DNA of 64,000 bases from the NCBI GenBank assembly GCA_963825525.1, contig CAWGTN010000002.1:640001-704000 (forward strand), written 5' to 3'. The notes under the pieces were generated by a model that had not been told where the DNA came from, did no database searches, and saw nothing but the letters and a program-made list of their open reading frames with translations. The stretch comes from an uncultured Chloroflexia bacterium. GTDB taxonomy: Bacteria; Chloroflexota; Limnocylindria; QHBO01. Numbering within the stretch: the stretch's first letter is position 1; each line of letters opens with the position of its first letter. The position numbers and the translations under genes were made by a program. This document shows positions 49,075 to 59,425 of the stretch, piece by piece.

Positions 49075-49488
49075 ATGGAGCACCGCGAGATCGACGTGAC
49101 GACCGGCGGCCAGCCCACGCTGGTCGATCTCACACCCACATGCATCGAGTTCCTCGCCGAGGTCGCCGAGACCGGAGATGGCCTGTTGACCGTGTTCGTG
49201 CCGCACGCGACCGCGGGTGTCGTGATCGTCGAGCTCGGGGCCGGATCGGACTCCGATCTGCTCGCCGCGCTGGATCGCCTTCTGCCGCGCGACGAGCGAT
49301 GGCGTCATCGCCATGGCAGTCCGGGACACGGGGCGGACCACGTCCTTCCGCTCCTCGCCTCGCCCTCGGTGGTGATCCCGGTGATCCAGGGCCGGATGAC
49401 GTTGGGGACGTGGCAGTCGGTGGCCCTGCTGGATCCGAACGGCGACAACCGCAGCCGGCGCGTCCAGCTCGCCTTCGTTGCCGGCTAG
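49075..49488 (+). CDS. yjbQ: YjbQ family protein
   Basis: VPHATAG, HRHG..GHGADH, LGTWQ. Confidence 0.9.
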   Translation: MEHREIDVTTGGQPTLVDLTPTCIEFLAEVAETGDGLLTVFVPHATAGVVIVELGAGSDSDLLAALDRLLPRDERWRHRHGSPGHGADHVLPLLASPSVVIPVIQGRMTLGTWQSVALLDPNGDNRSRRVQLAFVAG

Positions 49489-51530
49489 TCCCGCCGAATC
49501 GCCAGCTCCGAGACCTGCGCGCCCAGTCGATCGGGGTCGTGGGTCGGTTCATCGCAGGCGTAGCCCCGACACGCGTACGCCGTCGCGTCAGCACCGCGCG
49601 CGTCCTTGCCGGCGTACAGCGGCCATCCGGCGTGCGGATCGCCGGTCGCCACCGACGTGAGCACGAGGTCCGGGGCGAACGGTCGCATCGCGGATTCGCG
49701 GAGCATGCGCGACCCCGCGCTGCCGGCCTGGCCCGCCACCACCACGTCGACCGGGTCGCCCAGCAAGCGATCGGCGGCGCTCAGCATCCGGCCGAACGCG
49801 CTCGGCTGACGCTCGAGTGCCGTGGCGACCGCACGCAGGATCGACCGTGCCCGGCGCGACAGCACCTCGTCGCCCGTCAGCAGGGCCAGGCGCTGCATCA
49901 CGTCAGCCCCGAGGCTGTTCGCCGATGGCGTGGCGTTGTCCACCACGCCGCGGGGCTGAGCCACGGTGCGATCGTGCTCGGCCGAGGTGTCGTTGAACGT
50001 GCCCGACTCCTCGTCCCAGAAGTCACGGAGTGCTGAATCGACCAGGCTCCTCGCGTCGAGCAACGAGGCGGAATCGCCCAGGGCTCCGTGTGCGACCAGC
50101 AGGCCATCGGCCAGCGACAGGTAGTCCTCGCAGAACGCCGGGGTGTGCGAGCGGCCGTCACGCGCGGTACGCCACAGGCGGTCGCCGTCACGTCGCAGCT
50201 GCTCGTTCACGAACGCGACGAGCTCGCGGGTTGCGTCGGCGTATCGCGGCTCCCGAAGCACCAGCGCCGCATGGCCCATGGCGCGTAGGGCATATCCGTT
50301 CCAGGCGGCGAGCTGCTTGTCATCGCGACCAGGTCGCACGCGGCTCGCGCGCCGAGCCAGGAGCGCCCTGCGACCGCGCTCCACCAGATCGTCGGGAGCA
50401 TCCGACGGACCGGGGCGATGCAGGATGTTGGTGCCCTCCCAATTGCCCGCCGGCAGCACGCCCCAATGGGCCGCCAGCGACGCGACGTCATCGCCGGAGA
50501 TTCCTGCCGCCCCGAGCGCTTCGCTGAACTCGTCGTTGTCCCAGACGTAGAACTTGCCCTCGACCCCTTCGCTGTCGGCGTCGAGCGCGGCCGCAAAGCC
50601 CCCATCGGGCGTTCGCAGCTCCTCGAGCATGAAGTCCAGCGTCGCGCAGGCCACGGTGGCGTATCGCTCCGCTCCGGTGGCCCGATAGGCCTCGAGGTAG
50701 GCGTGGGCCAGGAGGGCGTTGTCGTACAGCATCTTCTCGAAGTGCGGTACCAGCCACTCGGCGTCGGTGCTGTACCGCGAGAAGCCGCCGCCGATCTGGT
50801 CGTTGATGCCGCCGTCGGCCATGGCGTCCAGGGTCCGCACGATCATGTCGAGGAGCTCCGCGTCGCCTGACCGACGCCACGAGCGGAGGAGGAACTCGAT
50901 GGCCATGGGTGCCGGGAACTTCGGGGCGCCACCGAAGCCGCCGTGTGCGGCATCGAACGAGGCGGTGATGCGGCGAGCTGCCGCATCGAGCTGTGCCCTC
51001 TCGGGGTCGCGGTCACCGGCCGGGATCGTCAGCTGCGCCTGGAGGTGGCCCGCCAGCAACCCGGCCTGCTGGTCCACCTCCGATCGGCGCGTGGCGTACG
51101 CGTCGGCGACGGCCGCCAGCACGCGGGGGAACCCTGCCATTCCGTGGCGGTCATCGGGCGGAAAGTAGGTGCCGCCGAAGAACGGACGCAGGTCCGGCGT
51201 GAGGAACACGCTCATCGGCCAGCCGCCGGATCCCGTCATGGCCTGGACTGCCGCCATGTACACGTCGTCGAGATCCGGGCGCTCCTCGCGATCGACCTTG
51301 ATGGACACGAAGTGCTCGTTCATGAGCGCCGCGATCTCCGGGTTCTCGAAGCTTTCGCGCTCCATGACGTGACACCAGTGGCACGCGCTGTAGCCGATGG
51401 ACAGAAAGATCGGCCGGTCGTCCCGGCGTGCCTTCTCCAGGGCTTCAGGACCCCACGGGTGCCAGTCGACCGGGTTGTGAGCGTGCTGGAGGAGGTACGG
51501 GCTCGTCTCGTCGATCAGGCGGTTGGGCAT
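49485..51530 (-). CDS. YyaL/SSP411 thioredoxin-domain protein
   Basis: [25 protein letters not shown]. Confidence 0.93.
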   Translation of the reverse strand: MPNRLIDETSPYLLQHAHNPVDWHPWGPEALEKARRDDRPIFLSIGYSACHWCHVMERESFENPEIAALMNEHFVSIKVDREERPDLDDVYMAAVQAMTGSGGWPMSVFLTPDLRPFFGGTYFPPDDRHGMAGFPRVLAAVADAYATRRSEVDQQAGLLAGHLQAQLTIPAGDRDPERAQLDAAARRITASFDAAHGGFGGAPKFPAPMAIEFLLRSWRRSGDAELLDMIVRTLDAMADGGINDQIGGGFSRYSTDAEWLVPHFEKMLYDNALLAHAYLEAYRATGAERYATVACATLDFMLEELRTPDGGFAAALDADSEGVEGKFYVWDNDEFSEALGAAGISGDDVASLAAHWGVLPAGNWEGTNILHRPGPSDAPDDLVERGRRALLARRASRVRPGRDDKQLAAWNGYALRAMGHAALVLREPRYADATRELVAFVNEQLRRDGDRLWRTARDGRSHTPAFCEDYLSLADGLLVAHGALGDSASLLDARSLVDSALRDFWDEESGTFNDTSAEHDRTVAQPRGVVDNATPSANSLGADVMQRLALLTGDEVLSRRARSILRAVATALERQPSAFGRMLSAADRLLGDPVDVVVAGQAGSAGSRMLRESAMRPFAPDLVLTSVATGDPHAGWPLYAGKDARGADATAYACRGYACDEPTHDPDRLGAQVSELAIRRD

Positions 51531-51619
51531 GGTTCCAGTGTGGCAGCCGTTGGTGGTCCGCGCACCAGGCTCGCCAGCCGGGGTAGGCTGGGTCCCCCAC
51601 CCAGGACCAGGAGAACGAC

Positions 51620-51811
51620 ATGGATCAGTTGGTGAAGATGGTGTCAGAGCGAGCCGGCATCGACGAAGGCGCGGCTTCGACGGCAGTTGACACGGTCATC
51701 GGGTTTCTCAAGGACAAGCTTCCGGGCCCCATCGCGGCACAGCTCGATAGCGCGGCGAAGGGCGAGAAGATCGATGCGGGCGATGCGCTGGGCGGCCTCT
51801 TCGGCGGCTGA
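51620..51811 (+). CDS. Small hypothetical protein (63 aa)
   Basis: RBS AGGAG; [11 protein letters not shown]...[11 protein letters not shown] pattern. Confidence 0.75.
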   Translation: MDQLVKMVSERAGIDEGAASTAVDTVIGFLKDKLPGPIAAQLDSAAKGEKIDAGDALGGLFGG

Positions 51812-51817
51812 CGGCTC

Positions 51818-53734
51818 CTAGGGCCGTTCCGCGCTGAACTGCTCGGCTGACAGCTTGGCGTACAGGCCTTCCTGGCGGATCAGCTCGGCGTGGGTGCCTC
51901 GCTCCACGATCCGGCCGCGCGACATCACGAGGATCAGGTCGGCGCGCAGGATCGTCGAGAGCCGATGCGCAATGGCGATCGTCGTCCGACCCTCCATCAG
52001 CTTCTGCAGGGCGGACTGGATGAGTCGCTCGCTGACCGTGTCGAGCGCCGAGGTGGCCTCGTCAAGGATGAGCACCCGGGGGTCCTTGAGCAGAACGCGG
52101 GCGATGGCGACCCGCTGCTTCTCGCCGCCGGACAGCTTGTAGCCGCGCTCGCCGACCACGGTCTCGTAGCCATCCGGGAGCTCGGCGATCCGATCGTGAA
52201 TCGCCGCGGCTCGCGCGGCCTCCTCGATCTCGTCCATCGTGGCGTCCGGCTTCGCGTACTGGAGGTTGGCCAGCACAGTGTCGTGGAACAGGTAGGTCTC
52301 CTGCGTCACGAAGCCGATGACCCGCCCGAGCGACGCGAGGGTCACTCCGCGAACGTCGTGGCCGTCGATGCTCACCGACCCGCGATCCACGTCGTACAGG
52401 CGCGGGATCAGGTACGTGGATGTCGTCTTCCCACTGCCTGACGGACCGACAAGCGCGACGAGCTGGCCGGGCTTGGCGTCGAACGAGATCTCCTCGAGCG
52501 CAAACGGCTGCACGGTCGTCGGGACCGCCCGGCCATCGGCCTCGGCCTCCGCCGCCTCGGGTGCCACCGCCAGCTGGGCCTCTGCCACCGGGTAGCGGAA
52601 TGAGACATCGTCGAAGCGGACGCCGCCCCGCATCACGGTCGGTGACAGATCCACCGCATCGGGGGCATCGGTGATCTCGTGGTCCATCTCGAGGTACTCG
52701 AAGATGCGGTCGAACAGCGCCAGCGCACCCTGGATCTCGACCTGCACGTTGAGCAGCTGCCCCAGCGGGAAGAAGAGCCTGCTCTGGAGGGTGGTGAAGG
52801 CCACGATGGTGCCGATGCTGACGTTCGTGTCGCCGCCGATGATGAGCGACCCGGCCAGCAGGTACACGAACGCCGGCATGATGCTGAAGAAGGTGCCGAT
52901 GAGGGCGAAGAACCAGCGACCGATCATCTGGCCCCGCACCTGGAGGTCGCCCAGGCGCACCGACTCGGCACGGAAGCGCTCGACACTCGCCTCCTGCTGG
53001 CCGAACGTCTTGCTGAGCAGGATGCCCGATACCGACAGCGACTCCTCGGTGATGGCGCTCATCTCGGCCATCGAGCGCTGGGTCAGGGTGCTCACCTCGC
53101 GGCGGACCTTGCCGACGCGGTACGTGATGTAGGCGAAGAACGGCATGAGGCCCAGGCTGAGGAGCGTCAGCCGCCAATCGAGAATCCACATGGCGATGAC
53201 GGTGGTGGCGACCGTTGCGAAGTTCGACAACAGCGAGGACGCGGTGTCCGTCACGACCGACTGCACGCCGCCCACGTCGTTGGCGATCCGGCTCTGAATC
53301 TCGCCGGTGCGCGTCTCGGTGAAGAACCGGAGCGGCATCCACTGCAGGTGGGTGTAGAGCGCCAGGCGCAGGTCGTTCATCACGCGCTGCCCGACGACGT
53401 TCGAGAGGTAGCTCTGCCAGACGCCGATGGCGCTGGTGACGATCGGGAGCACGATCATCAGCCCCGCCTGCAGGTACAGAAGGCCGAGGTCCTGTGGCCC
53501 GGTCAGGTTGTCGATGATGAGCTTGAGCAGGATCGGGTTGACCACGCCCACGCTCACCGTGATCACGATGAGGACGGCGATCAACGACAGCCGGACGCGG
53601 TACGGCGCGAAGAAGCCCCCGATCAGGCGCAGCGTCTTTCTCCCGGTCCCCGGGCGTCGGGTCAGATCCGGGTCCGAGCCACCGCCGAACGGCCCCGACC
53701 AGCCGCCCCGCCCACCGCCGCCGCGTCGCATCAC
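51818..53734 (-). CDS. ABC exporter (fused TMD + NBD)
   Basis: 6 TM; GPSGSGKT, LSGGEKQR, LDEATSALD. Confidence 0.93.
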   Translation of the reverse strand: MMRRGGGGRGGWSGPFGGGSDPDLTRRPGTGRKTLRLIGGFFAPYRVRLSLIAVLIVITVSVGVVNPILLKLIIDNLTGPQDLGLLYLQAGLMIVLPIVTSAIGVWQSYLSNVVGQRVMNDLRLALYTHLQWMPLRFFTETRTGEIQSRIANDVGGVQSVVTDTASSLLSNFATVATTVIAMWILDWRLTLLSLGLMPFFAYITYRVGKVRREVSTLTQRSMAEMSAITEESLSVSGILLSKTFGQQEASVERFRAESVRLGDLQVRGQMIGRWFFALIGTFFSIMPAFVYLLAGSLIIGGDTNVSIGTIVAFTTLQSRLFFPLGQLLNVQVEIQGALALFDRIFEYLEMDHEITDAPDAVDLSPTVMRGGVRFDDVSFRYPVAEAQLAVAPEAAEAEADGRAVPTTVQPFALEEISFDAKPGQLVALVGPSGSGKTTSTYLIPRLYDVDRGSVSIDGHDVRGVTLASLGRVIGFVTQETYLFHDTVLANLQYAKPDATMDEIEEAARAAAIHDRIAELPDGYETVVGERGYKLSGGEKQRVAIARVLLKDPRVLILDEATSALDTVSERLIQSALQKLMEGRTTIAIAHRLSTILRADLILVMSRGRIVERGTHAELIRQEGLYAKLSAEQFSAERP

Positions 53735-54459
53735 TCGAGGATGATCGAGGCGAACGCCTGCGCCAGGCCGATCCCCTGCGGCTCCCCGACGATCTCGGCC
53801 CGCTCGCGCATGCGCTCCCCGACCGTCTCCGGATCGACCTGGCTCTCATGGGCGAGGATCGCGCGGATGCCGATGTCGAAGGTGTCGGCGATGTCGATCC
53901 ACAGGTTGGGCTCCTCGACTCCGAAGAGCAGCACCTGGCGGACCTTCCACGGCTCGAGGTGCTCCTCGCGCCACAGTTCGGGGAAGTTGAGATGATCCCG
54001 GGCGGCGGGATAGACCGCAGCCAGGGTCGCCTCGCCCGTGGCGAGATGGTCCGGGTGCCCGATGAACGGGTTGTAGTCCAGGCGTCTCTGGGGATTCTGG
54101 GTGATCACGAGGTCGGGCCGGAAGCGACGGATCTGGCGCACGATGTCGCGACGCAGGTCGAGTGACGGTTCGAGGTATCCGTCTGGATAGCCGAGATGGA
54201 CGATGTCCCCGACCCCCAGGATGTCGGCGGCGGCCCGCTGCTCCGCGACGCGTGTCGACGAGAGATGCTCAGGGGTCACGGCCGGGTCCTCGGTTCCCTT
54301 GCTGCCGTCCGTGGTCACCACGTAGTCCACCCTGGCCCCGGCGGCCACGAGCGTGGCGATCGTCGACGCGGCGCCGAATTCTGCATCGTCAGGGTGGCTG
54401 ACGATGACCAGGGCGCGCTCGAGAGGCGTGATCAGCTCATGCCGGTCGTGGGGACTCAC
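53731..54459 (-). CDS. PIG-L family deacetylase
   Basis: SHPDDAEF, GHPDH, HESQ intact. Confidence 0.92.
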   Translation of the reverse strand: MSPHDRHELITPLERALVIVSHPDDAEFGAASTIATLVAAGARVDYVVTTDGSKGTEDPAVTPEHLSSTRVAEQRAAADILGVGDIVHLGYPDGYLEPSLDLRRDIVRQIRRFRPDLVITQNPQRRLDYNPFIGHPDHLATGEATLAAVYPAARDHLNFPELWREEHLEPWKVRQVLLFGVEEPNLWIDIADTFDIGIRAILAHESQVDPETVGERMRERAEIVGEPQGIGLAQAFASIILE

Positions 54460-54533
54460 CCGGCCATGCTACTGCGATTTGCCGGACGGCAGATTGACCG
54501 TGCTCGGATGCGGCGCGCATACTGCCCACCAGT

Positions 54534-54863
54534 ATGACATCCGATGCACTCCACTTCCGACACAGCTACACCAAGGACAAGGGGTCGCTGGTCACCCGCC
54601 TTCGCCGCATCGAGGGCCAGGCTCGCGGCATTCAGCGCATGGTGGACGAGGAAGCGTACTGCCTCGACATCCTGCAGCAGGTCGAAGCACTCACCGCCGC
54701 GGCCGACCAGGTCGCACTCCTTCTGCTCGAGGACCACATCGACGGCTGCCTGACGCATGCCGTCGAATCCGGGCAGGGACAGCCGTACGTGGATGAGGTC
54801 ATGTCGGTCGTGCGTCGGACGATGGGCCGGCGCGGTCCGCGGAGAACGGGCTCGGGCAGCTGA
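54534..54863 (+). CDS. csoR: CsoR/RcnR metal-sensitive repressor
   Basis: RLRRIEGQARGI, YCLDILQQ, HIDGC. Confidence 0.9.
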   Translation: MTSDALHFRHSYTKDKGSLVTRLRRIEGQARGIQRMVDEEAYCLDILQQVEALTAAADQVALLLLEDHIDGCLTHAVESGQGQPYVDEVMSVVRRTMGRRGPRRTGSGS

Positions 54864-54883
54864 GCCGCTCCGCACTCTGGCAA

Positions 54884-54916
54884 GGGAGTGCCGCAGGGGG
54901 GAACCACGGCACTCCC
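54884..54916 (-). ncRNA. Candidate small RNA with C-rich loop (core hairpin)
   Basis: GGGAGTGCCG-TGGTTCCCCCCTG-CGGCACTCCC begins 7 nt after TTGTTC-N17-TAGACT. Confidence 0.45.
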
Positions 54917-54923
54917 GCCTGCG

Positions 54924-54952
54924 AGTCTAGCCGTCGCTCACCCGGCGAACAA
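54924..54952 (-). promoter_or_regulatory. sigma70-type promoter with no downstream ORF
   Basis: TTGTTC(54952-47)-N17-TAGACT(54929-24). Confidence 0.5.
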
Positions 54953-54960
54953 GCCTCTCC

Positions 54961-57702
54961 TCACTCCCCGAACATGGTCAGCTGGTCGCCTCCGCGCTCG
55001 ATCAGCGGGTCGAGGCCAAGCACCGGCTCCAGCCACTCGAGTCGCGCACCCTGACGCTCGACCAGCGTGTCGAGGTGCTGCCACTTCAGGACGTGCCAGT
55101 TCTGCCGCTCGAGCTCATCTCGCAGCCACGGTGATCGCTGCATCTTCAGTCGCAGCAGCTCGGCGCGCTCAGCCGGAATCACGAGAAAGCGCGCCTGGTC
55201 CTTCCCGACCGGGATCGCGGCACCGCGCCGAAGGACCGCCTCGCCGACCATCGCGGTCCAGTCGACCTCGAACAGGAACGCAAGGCGGCCGCGGACATAC
55301 CACAGTGCGTCGACCTGGCCCAGGAGGTCCGCCGGCGCGCGGATGACCAGCGGGAGGTAGACCCGCCGCTCGTCGTCGGTGAGCCGATCGTCGAGCCGGC
55401 GACCATCAACGACCCGATCGTGCTCTCGCGCGGCCACCCACGCCCGCAGGCCAAGCCGATGGCCGTAGTCGACCAGGGTGGCGATGACGCGCGCATGGTC
55501 GGCGGTCCGGTGCGACAGGTCGTCCTCGGTCGCCAGCGAACCGAGCTCACCCGGGCCGACGTACGCGGCGAGGCACGCCCGCACCAGCTCCTCGTCCGGC
55601 GCCTGGAGCCCGGGAAACAGCCGATACACGCGGTCGAGGAAGCCGGCTTCGTCGATGCGGCCGGCGGTCGAGAGGATCGACCACGTGGCCCACTCGACGC
55701 GATCGGCGAGCGGTCGTTCGGCCAGCTCCGGCTGGCGCAGCCACCACTGCGGCTGGGCGTCGTCTCCCACGCGGACCAGGGACGGATGGTCGTCGCGCCA
55801 CAGCTCCTCGCGGATGAGGCTGGCGACCATCTGCGGTCCGCCCGACTCCAGCCGATCCGGTGTCTCGCTGCCCGCTTCTTCGCGGCCGCCCACCAGCCGC
55901 CCCAGGATGCCGGACGAAGCGAGCTCGTTGACCACGCAGGCAACGACCCGGGTCAGCCCGGCCGGCTCGCCACGGTCGCGCAGCAGGGACGTCACCGAGC
56001 GCTCGATGGCGGATGCCAGGTCCGGGTAGGTCAGATGCCCCGCATCGGCCCCGAGCCGCAAGGGTGCGTCGGGTGTGACCGCGTGTCGCAGCCGGTCCTC
56101 GGCCGAGCGGCGTCGAAAGTGGAGGGCGATCGCGTCGCCCGATCGTCGCGATTCGCGGTGGATGACGGCATCGAGGTCCAGGCCCGCCGCAGCGCCCGCC
56201 ATGGCCACCGCCAGCATCCGCTCTGGCTCCGCGTCTTCGAGCAGCAGCACGCACCATCCACCTGGCTTGAGGGCACCGACGGCCGATGCCATCCCGTGCC
56301 GCAGCGCCGTGATCTCAGCGCCCTCCGGGTGGCCGCTGCCGCCGAAGATCGGCTCGAGGCGCAGGGTCTCCGCCGCCTCCCGCCCCAGGACGACCGCGGT
56401 GGCAAGGTACTCAAGCGCCAGCTCGTCGAGCGTGTGGCTGGCACTCGGCGCCGACAGGACGAGGTCCACGCCATCAGCGGGGAGATACTGGCCAACCACC
56501 GACGCGCGCGCGCGCAGCCAGAGGACATTGGCGGCGGTCATGCCGCCCAGTTCGCCGAAGTCGGCGGCAAACCGCACCGGATGCCGTTCGCCGAGCGCAC
56601 CGATGATGGTCCGGACCTCCCGGTACGCCGTCTCGAACTCCTGCCACAGGTTGACCTCGCGCTGGTGGCGGCTGGCGGGCTGTCGCACGTGACCCGAGGT
56701 GATCCGCAGCGATGCCACTCGCCCGGGGTAGCCATTCAGGCGGCTGCCCGGGAGGAGGCACGACGCGAGTGCCAGGCGCATGACGGCCGCCCCGGGCGAG
56801 TCTCGGAGCTCGCTGTCGATCTTGGTCAGAATCGCGTGGATCGCGTACAGGTTGCGGGGGGTATAGAGCTCGAGGAGCTCGTCCACGAGATCCTCGCGCC
56901 CGTCGAGCACCGGGAAGCGCGCGCGGAGATCCTGGTAGGCCGGACTCTGTCGGACGCCGTCGGCGGCCGCGACCGGGAGCGGATCCGGACGCACCGTTGA
57001 CGCGAATCGAGGCCGCTCCTCGATCGACGTCGGCGGGTCGACCGGCAGGGGCGCCGGCGGCGGTCCTCCCCCCTCGCCGAGATCAAGGTCGGACTCGCCG
57101 GCGGGCGCAATGCCGACCACCGGGTCGACGGGTGGCGGTTCCGCCGGCCGATCGGGAACCGAGATGCCGAGCTTGGCGAGATCCACGTCGTCAACCGGCG
57201 CTGAACGCTCGTCGGGACCGCCGCGGGTGAGGTCGCAGGCAGGGCATCGGTAGATCTTGCGGCCGGGGGCGTCGCCGTCGCGCGGCCAGATGAACTGCTC
57301 GGCCACGACCGGGCTGCGGCACGTGGCACAGCGCGTGGCGTACAGCTCCTCGATGTGCTGGCGGAGTGGCACGTCCACGCGACGCGATGCCGCGAGCTGG
57401 GCGAAGGCGCTGTCGAGCACGGCCGGATCGGGTGCCGTCATCAGGGCGATCGCTGCCATCTGGGCCAGCGGGCTGGCGTCCGCTGCCACGCTCCGCATCC
57501 CGGCGGCCACCGCGCGTCGCGCGGTCCAGCCGGTCCCGGCCCAGGGGTCGAGAACCGTATCGCCCGGCTGTGCGAACGCCGCCAAGGCGGCATCGAGCTG
57601 GTTATCGGCCGGTGACGGATGGGAGCGGTCGAAGAATGCCAGTCCGGGGAGGCGTCGCGGCAGGATGACGTGATCGAGTCCTGTCCGCTCCGCCTCGGTC
57701 AT
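54961..57702 (-). CDS. DNA methyltransferase-like protein with Zn ribbon and C-terminal PD-(D/E)XK-like domain
   Basis: VLDPWAGTG (motif I), CATC..CPAC, VDLVLSAPS (degenerate motif IV), LKPGG, QVDALW...FEVD. Confidence 0.75.
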   Translation of the reverse strand: MTEAERTGLDHVILPRRLPGLAFFDRSHPSPADNQLDAALAAFAQPGDTVLDPWAGTGWTARRAVAAGMRSVAADASPLAQMAAIALMTAPDPAVLDSAFAQLAASRRVDVPLRQHIEELYATRCATCRSPVVAEQFIWPRDGDAPGRKIYRCPACDLTRGGPDERSAPVDDVDLAKLGISVPDRPAEPPPVDPVVGIAPAGESDLDLGEGGGPPPAPLPVDPPTSIEERPRFASTVRPDPLPVAAADGVRQSPAYQDLRARFPVLDGREDLVDELLELYTPRNLYAIHAILTKIDSELRDSPGAAVMRLALASCLLPGSRLNGYPGRVASLRITSGHVRQPASRHQREVNLWQEFETAYREVRTIIGALGERHPVRFAADFGELGGMTAANVLWLRARASVVGQYLPADGVDLVLSAPSASHTLDELALEYLATAVVLGREAAETLRLEPIFGGSGHPEGAEITALRHGMASAVGALKPGGWCVLLLEDAEPERMLAVAMAGAAAGLDLDAVIHRESRRSGDAIALHFRRRSAEDRLRHAVTPDAPLRLGADAGHLTYPDLASAIERSVTSLLRDRGEPAGLTRVVACVVNELASSGILGRLVGGREEAGSETPDRLESGGPQMVASLIREELWRDDHPSLVRVGDDAQPQWWLRQPELAERPLADRVEWATWSILSTAGRIDEAGFLDRVYRLFPGLQAPDEELVRACLAAYVGPGELGSLATEDDLSHRTADHARVIATLVDYGHRLGLRAWVAAREHDRVVDGRRLDDRLTDDERRVYLPLVIRAPADLLGQVDALWYVRGRLAFLFEVDWTAMVGEAVLRRGAAIPVGKDQARFLVIPAERAELLRLKMQRSPWLRDELERQNWHVLKWQHLDTLVERQGARLEWLEPVLGLDPLIERGGDQLTMFGE

Positions 57703-57703
57703 C

Positions 57704-58537
57704 CTATGGCTCTTCTGCCGGCTCCTCTTCGAGCTCGGGCTCACCGGAGTATTCGGGAAGGCTTGTGTCGAGCTCCTCGACCTCCTCCGAGTCCTCGTCG
57801 GTCTCCTCGACCTCTTCGTCGTCATCGTAGCGAAGAGCAGAGCCCTTCATATACGGTCTGACGCTCGTTGCGGCCTGTCCCTGCGTCGGGAAGGAGACCT
57901 TTCCGAAGTTATTCGGGTGGGTGAAGACCTCCCGAATGATGATGAGCAGCTCTCCGCCGCCCTCGTGGATGGTCGTGATGGCCCCCTCGTAGCGGTTGCC
58001 GGCGGCCATCAGCTTGGTGAGGCGAGCGGCAACCCGGGGTTCGACCATGCCGATCTCGGTGGCTCCCACGCTCGCCACGAGCTCATCTCCCCTGGCCTGC
58101 AGCGCAACCGCGTCGCCGGCAGACAACGGGGCGAGCGCACGCGGCGCAGCGAGGTTGATGAGACGCGCGCGACCCGTCTTGCCCATCTCTTCGATGAACA
58201 GCGTCACCGGGGCCTTCTCGGGGCGACCCTTGCCGTTGGCGGCGGGTCGGCTGGCGGCCATCATCACTCGGAGCCGCTCGATGTTCCGCTGAGCGATCCG
58301 GTTGGTGGCGTCGCGCTCGAGCGCCTGCTCGTAGGCCGCGATGGCCTCCGCGTGACGGCCTAGCTCAGCGAGCGCCTTTCCCAGGCGATTCGAGGCATCG
58401 ATATCGGGCCCCAGCTCGAGAAGCTGGCGGTTCGCCGTGACCGCTTCCTCCCATTCGCCCCGCGTCGCATGCGCGATCGCGGCGTCCGCAAGCTGTCGTC
58501 GTTGTCGTGTCGTTGTTTCAGCTTCTCCAAGCGCCAT
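57704..58537 (-). CDS. TPR protein with HIRAN-like domain and acidic tail
   Basis: N-terminal TPRs; GDAVAL...IGMVEPRVAARL..LM..GNRYEGAI; D/E-rich C-terminus. Confidence 0.8.
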   Translation of the reverse strand: MALGEAETTTRQRRQLADAAIAHATRGEWEEAVTANRQLLELGPDIDASNRLGKALAELGRHAEAIAAYEQALERDATNRIAQRNIERLRVMMAASRPAANGKGRPEKAPVTLFIEEMGKTGRARLINLAAPRALAPLSAGDAVALQARGDELVASVGATEIGMVEPRVAARLTKLMAAGNRYEGAITTIHEGGGELLIIIREVFTHPNNFGKVSFPTQGQAATSVRPYMKGSALRYDDDEEVEETDEDSEEVEELDTSLPEYSGEPELEEEPAEEP

Positions 58538-58597
58538 GAGCGTTGTGAGCTTCTCCGAGTAGCGGGATTCGCGGCCGAGGCTGGCCGAAAGCGCCCT

Positions 58598-58626
58598 CTT
58601 GTACCACCGGCCCCCAAGGGTGTCAA
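58598..58626 (-). promoter_or_regulatory. sigma70-type promoter of TPR/methylase-like operon
   Basis: TTGACA-N17-TACAAG with TG extended -10. Confidence 0.6.
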
Positions 58627-58648
58627 CGCGACGCCCGCTCGGTGCTCC

Positions 58649-59425
58649 TCAGCCGCGATACAGGAACAGGCCGACGATCAGGCCGATGATGAGCAGGGAG
58701 CCGAATTCGACCGCCACGCTGCGACCGGATGAGCCCTCGCGGAGTGCGTCGACTGCGCCTCCCCACGTGTAGAACGCCAGGGCGATGAGCGCGGCCGAAG
58801 CGATGATCGGGATGTTCAGCAGGGCCACCCCGACACCCACCTGGACGACCACCAGGACGTGGAGCAGCGCCTGGCCCACGCCCTCGACCCCCATCGTCTC
58901 GCGGGCCTCCGCGGCCCGCATGGCAAGCGGGAGCGCGATTGCCGCCACGAGCAGCAGCGGGGTGGGCCAGCTGCGCGAGCCGAACAGGACCAGCAACCCG
59001 GCCGCGGCGCCGAACAGGATGCCGGTGAGCAGCAGGCCACCCACGGTCCGCCCGCCGGTTCCCCGTTCCAGCCGCAGCTCGAGATACGTCACGGCCCACA
59101 GGAGGACGGCGACGATCGGCACCAGGAGGAGGCTCAGCCCGCCGGGAATCAGCCGTCCGAAGACCGTGGCCGAGATGCCCGCCGTGGCGGGAATGGCATA
59201 CCGCGCGAGCCCGAGGTCCGAACGCGCCGGCCCGATGACCCGCACCGCCACGATCCCGCCCAGCACGAGCTGCGCCGCGACCGCCACGGCCAGCCACAGC
59301 GGATCGACGAACCAGCCGACGGCGGCAACCACTGCCTGCACGATCGCCAGGACGGCGGCAGCGGGCCGATCGACGCGACGGAGGATGGCCAGCCGTCGCC
59401 GATCGCCGAAGAGGCGCGCAATCAT
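58649..59425 (-). CDS. Hypothetical integral membrane protein
   Basis: About 8-9 hydrophobic segments; ATGA overlap with polX stop. Confidence 0.75.
   Translation of the reverse strand: MIARLFGDRRRLAILRRVDRPAAAVLAIVQAVVAAVGWFVDPLWLAVAVAAQLVLGGIVAVRVIGPARSDLGLARYAIPATAGISATVFGRLIPGGLSLLLVPIVAVLLWAVTYLELRLERGTGGRTVGGLLLTGILFGAAAGLLVLFGSRSWPTPLLLVAAIALPLAMRAAEARETMGVEGVGQALLHVLVVVQVGVGVALLNIPIIASAALIALAFYTWGGAVDALREGSSGRSVAVEFGSLLIIGLIVGLFLYRG

Noticed and set aside
54961-57825. Longer start (57825) for the methylase-like gene
   Set aside because: Overlaps the TPR gene's acidic tail in another frame; ATG 57702 directly follows the TPR stop
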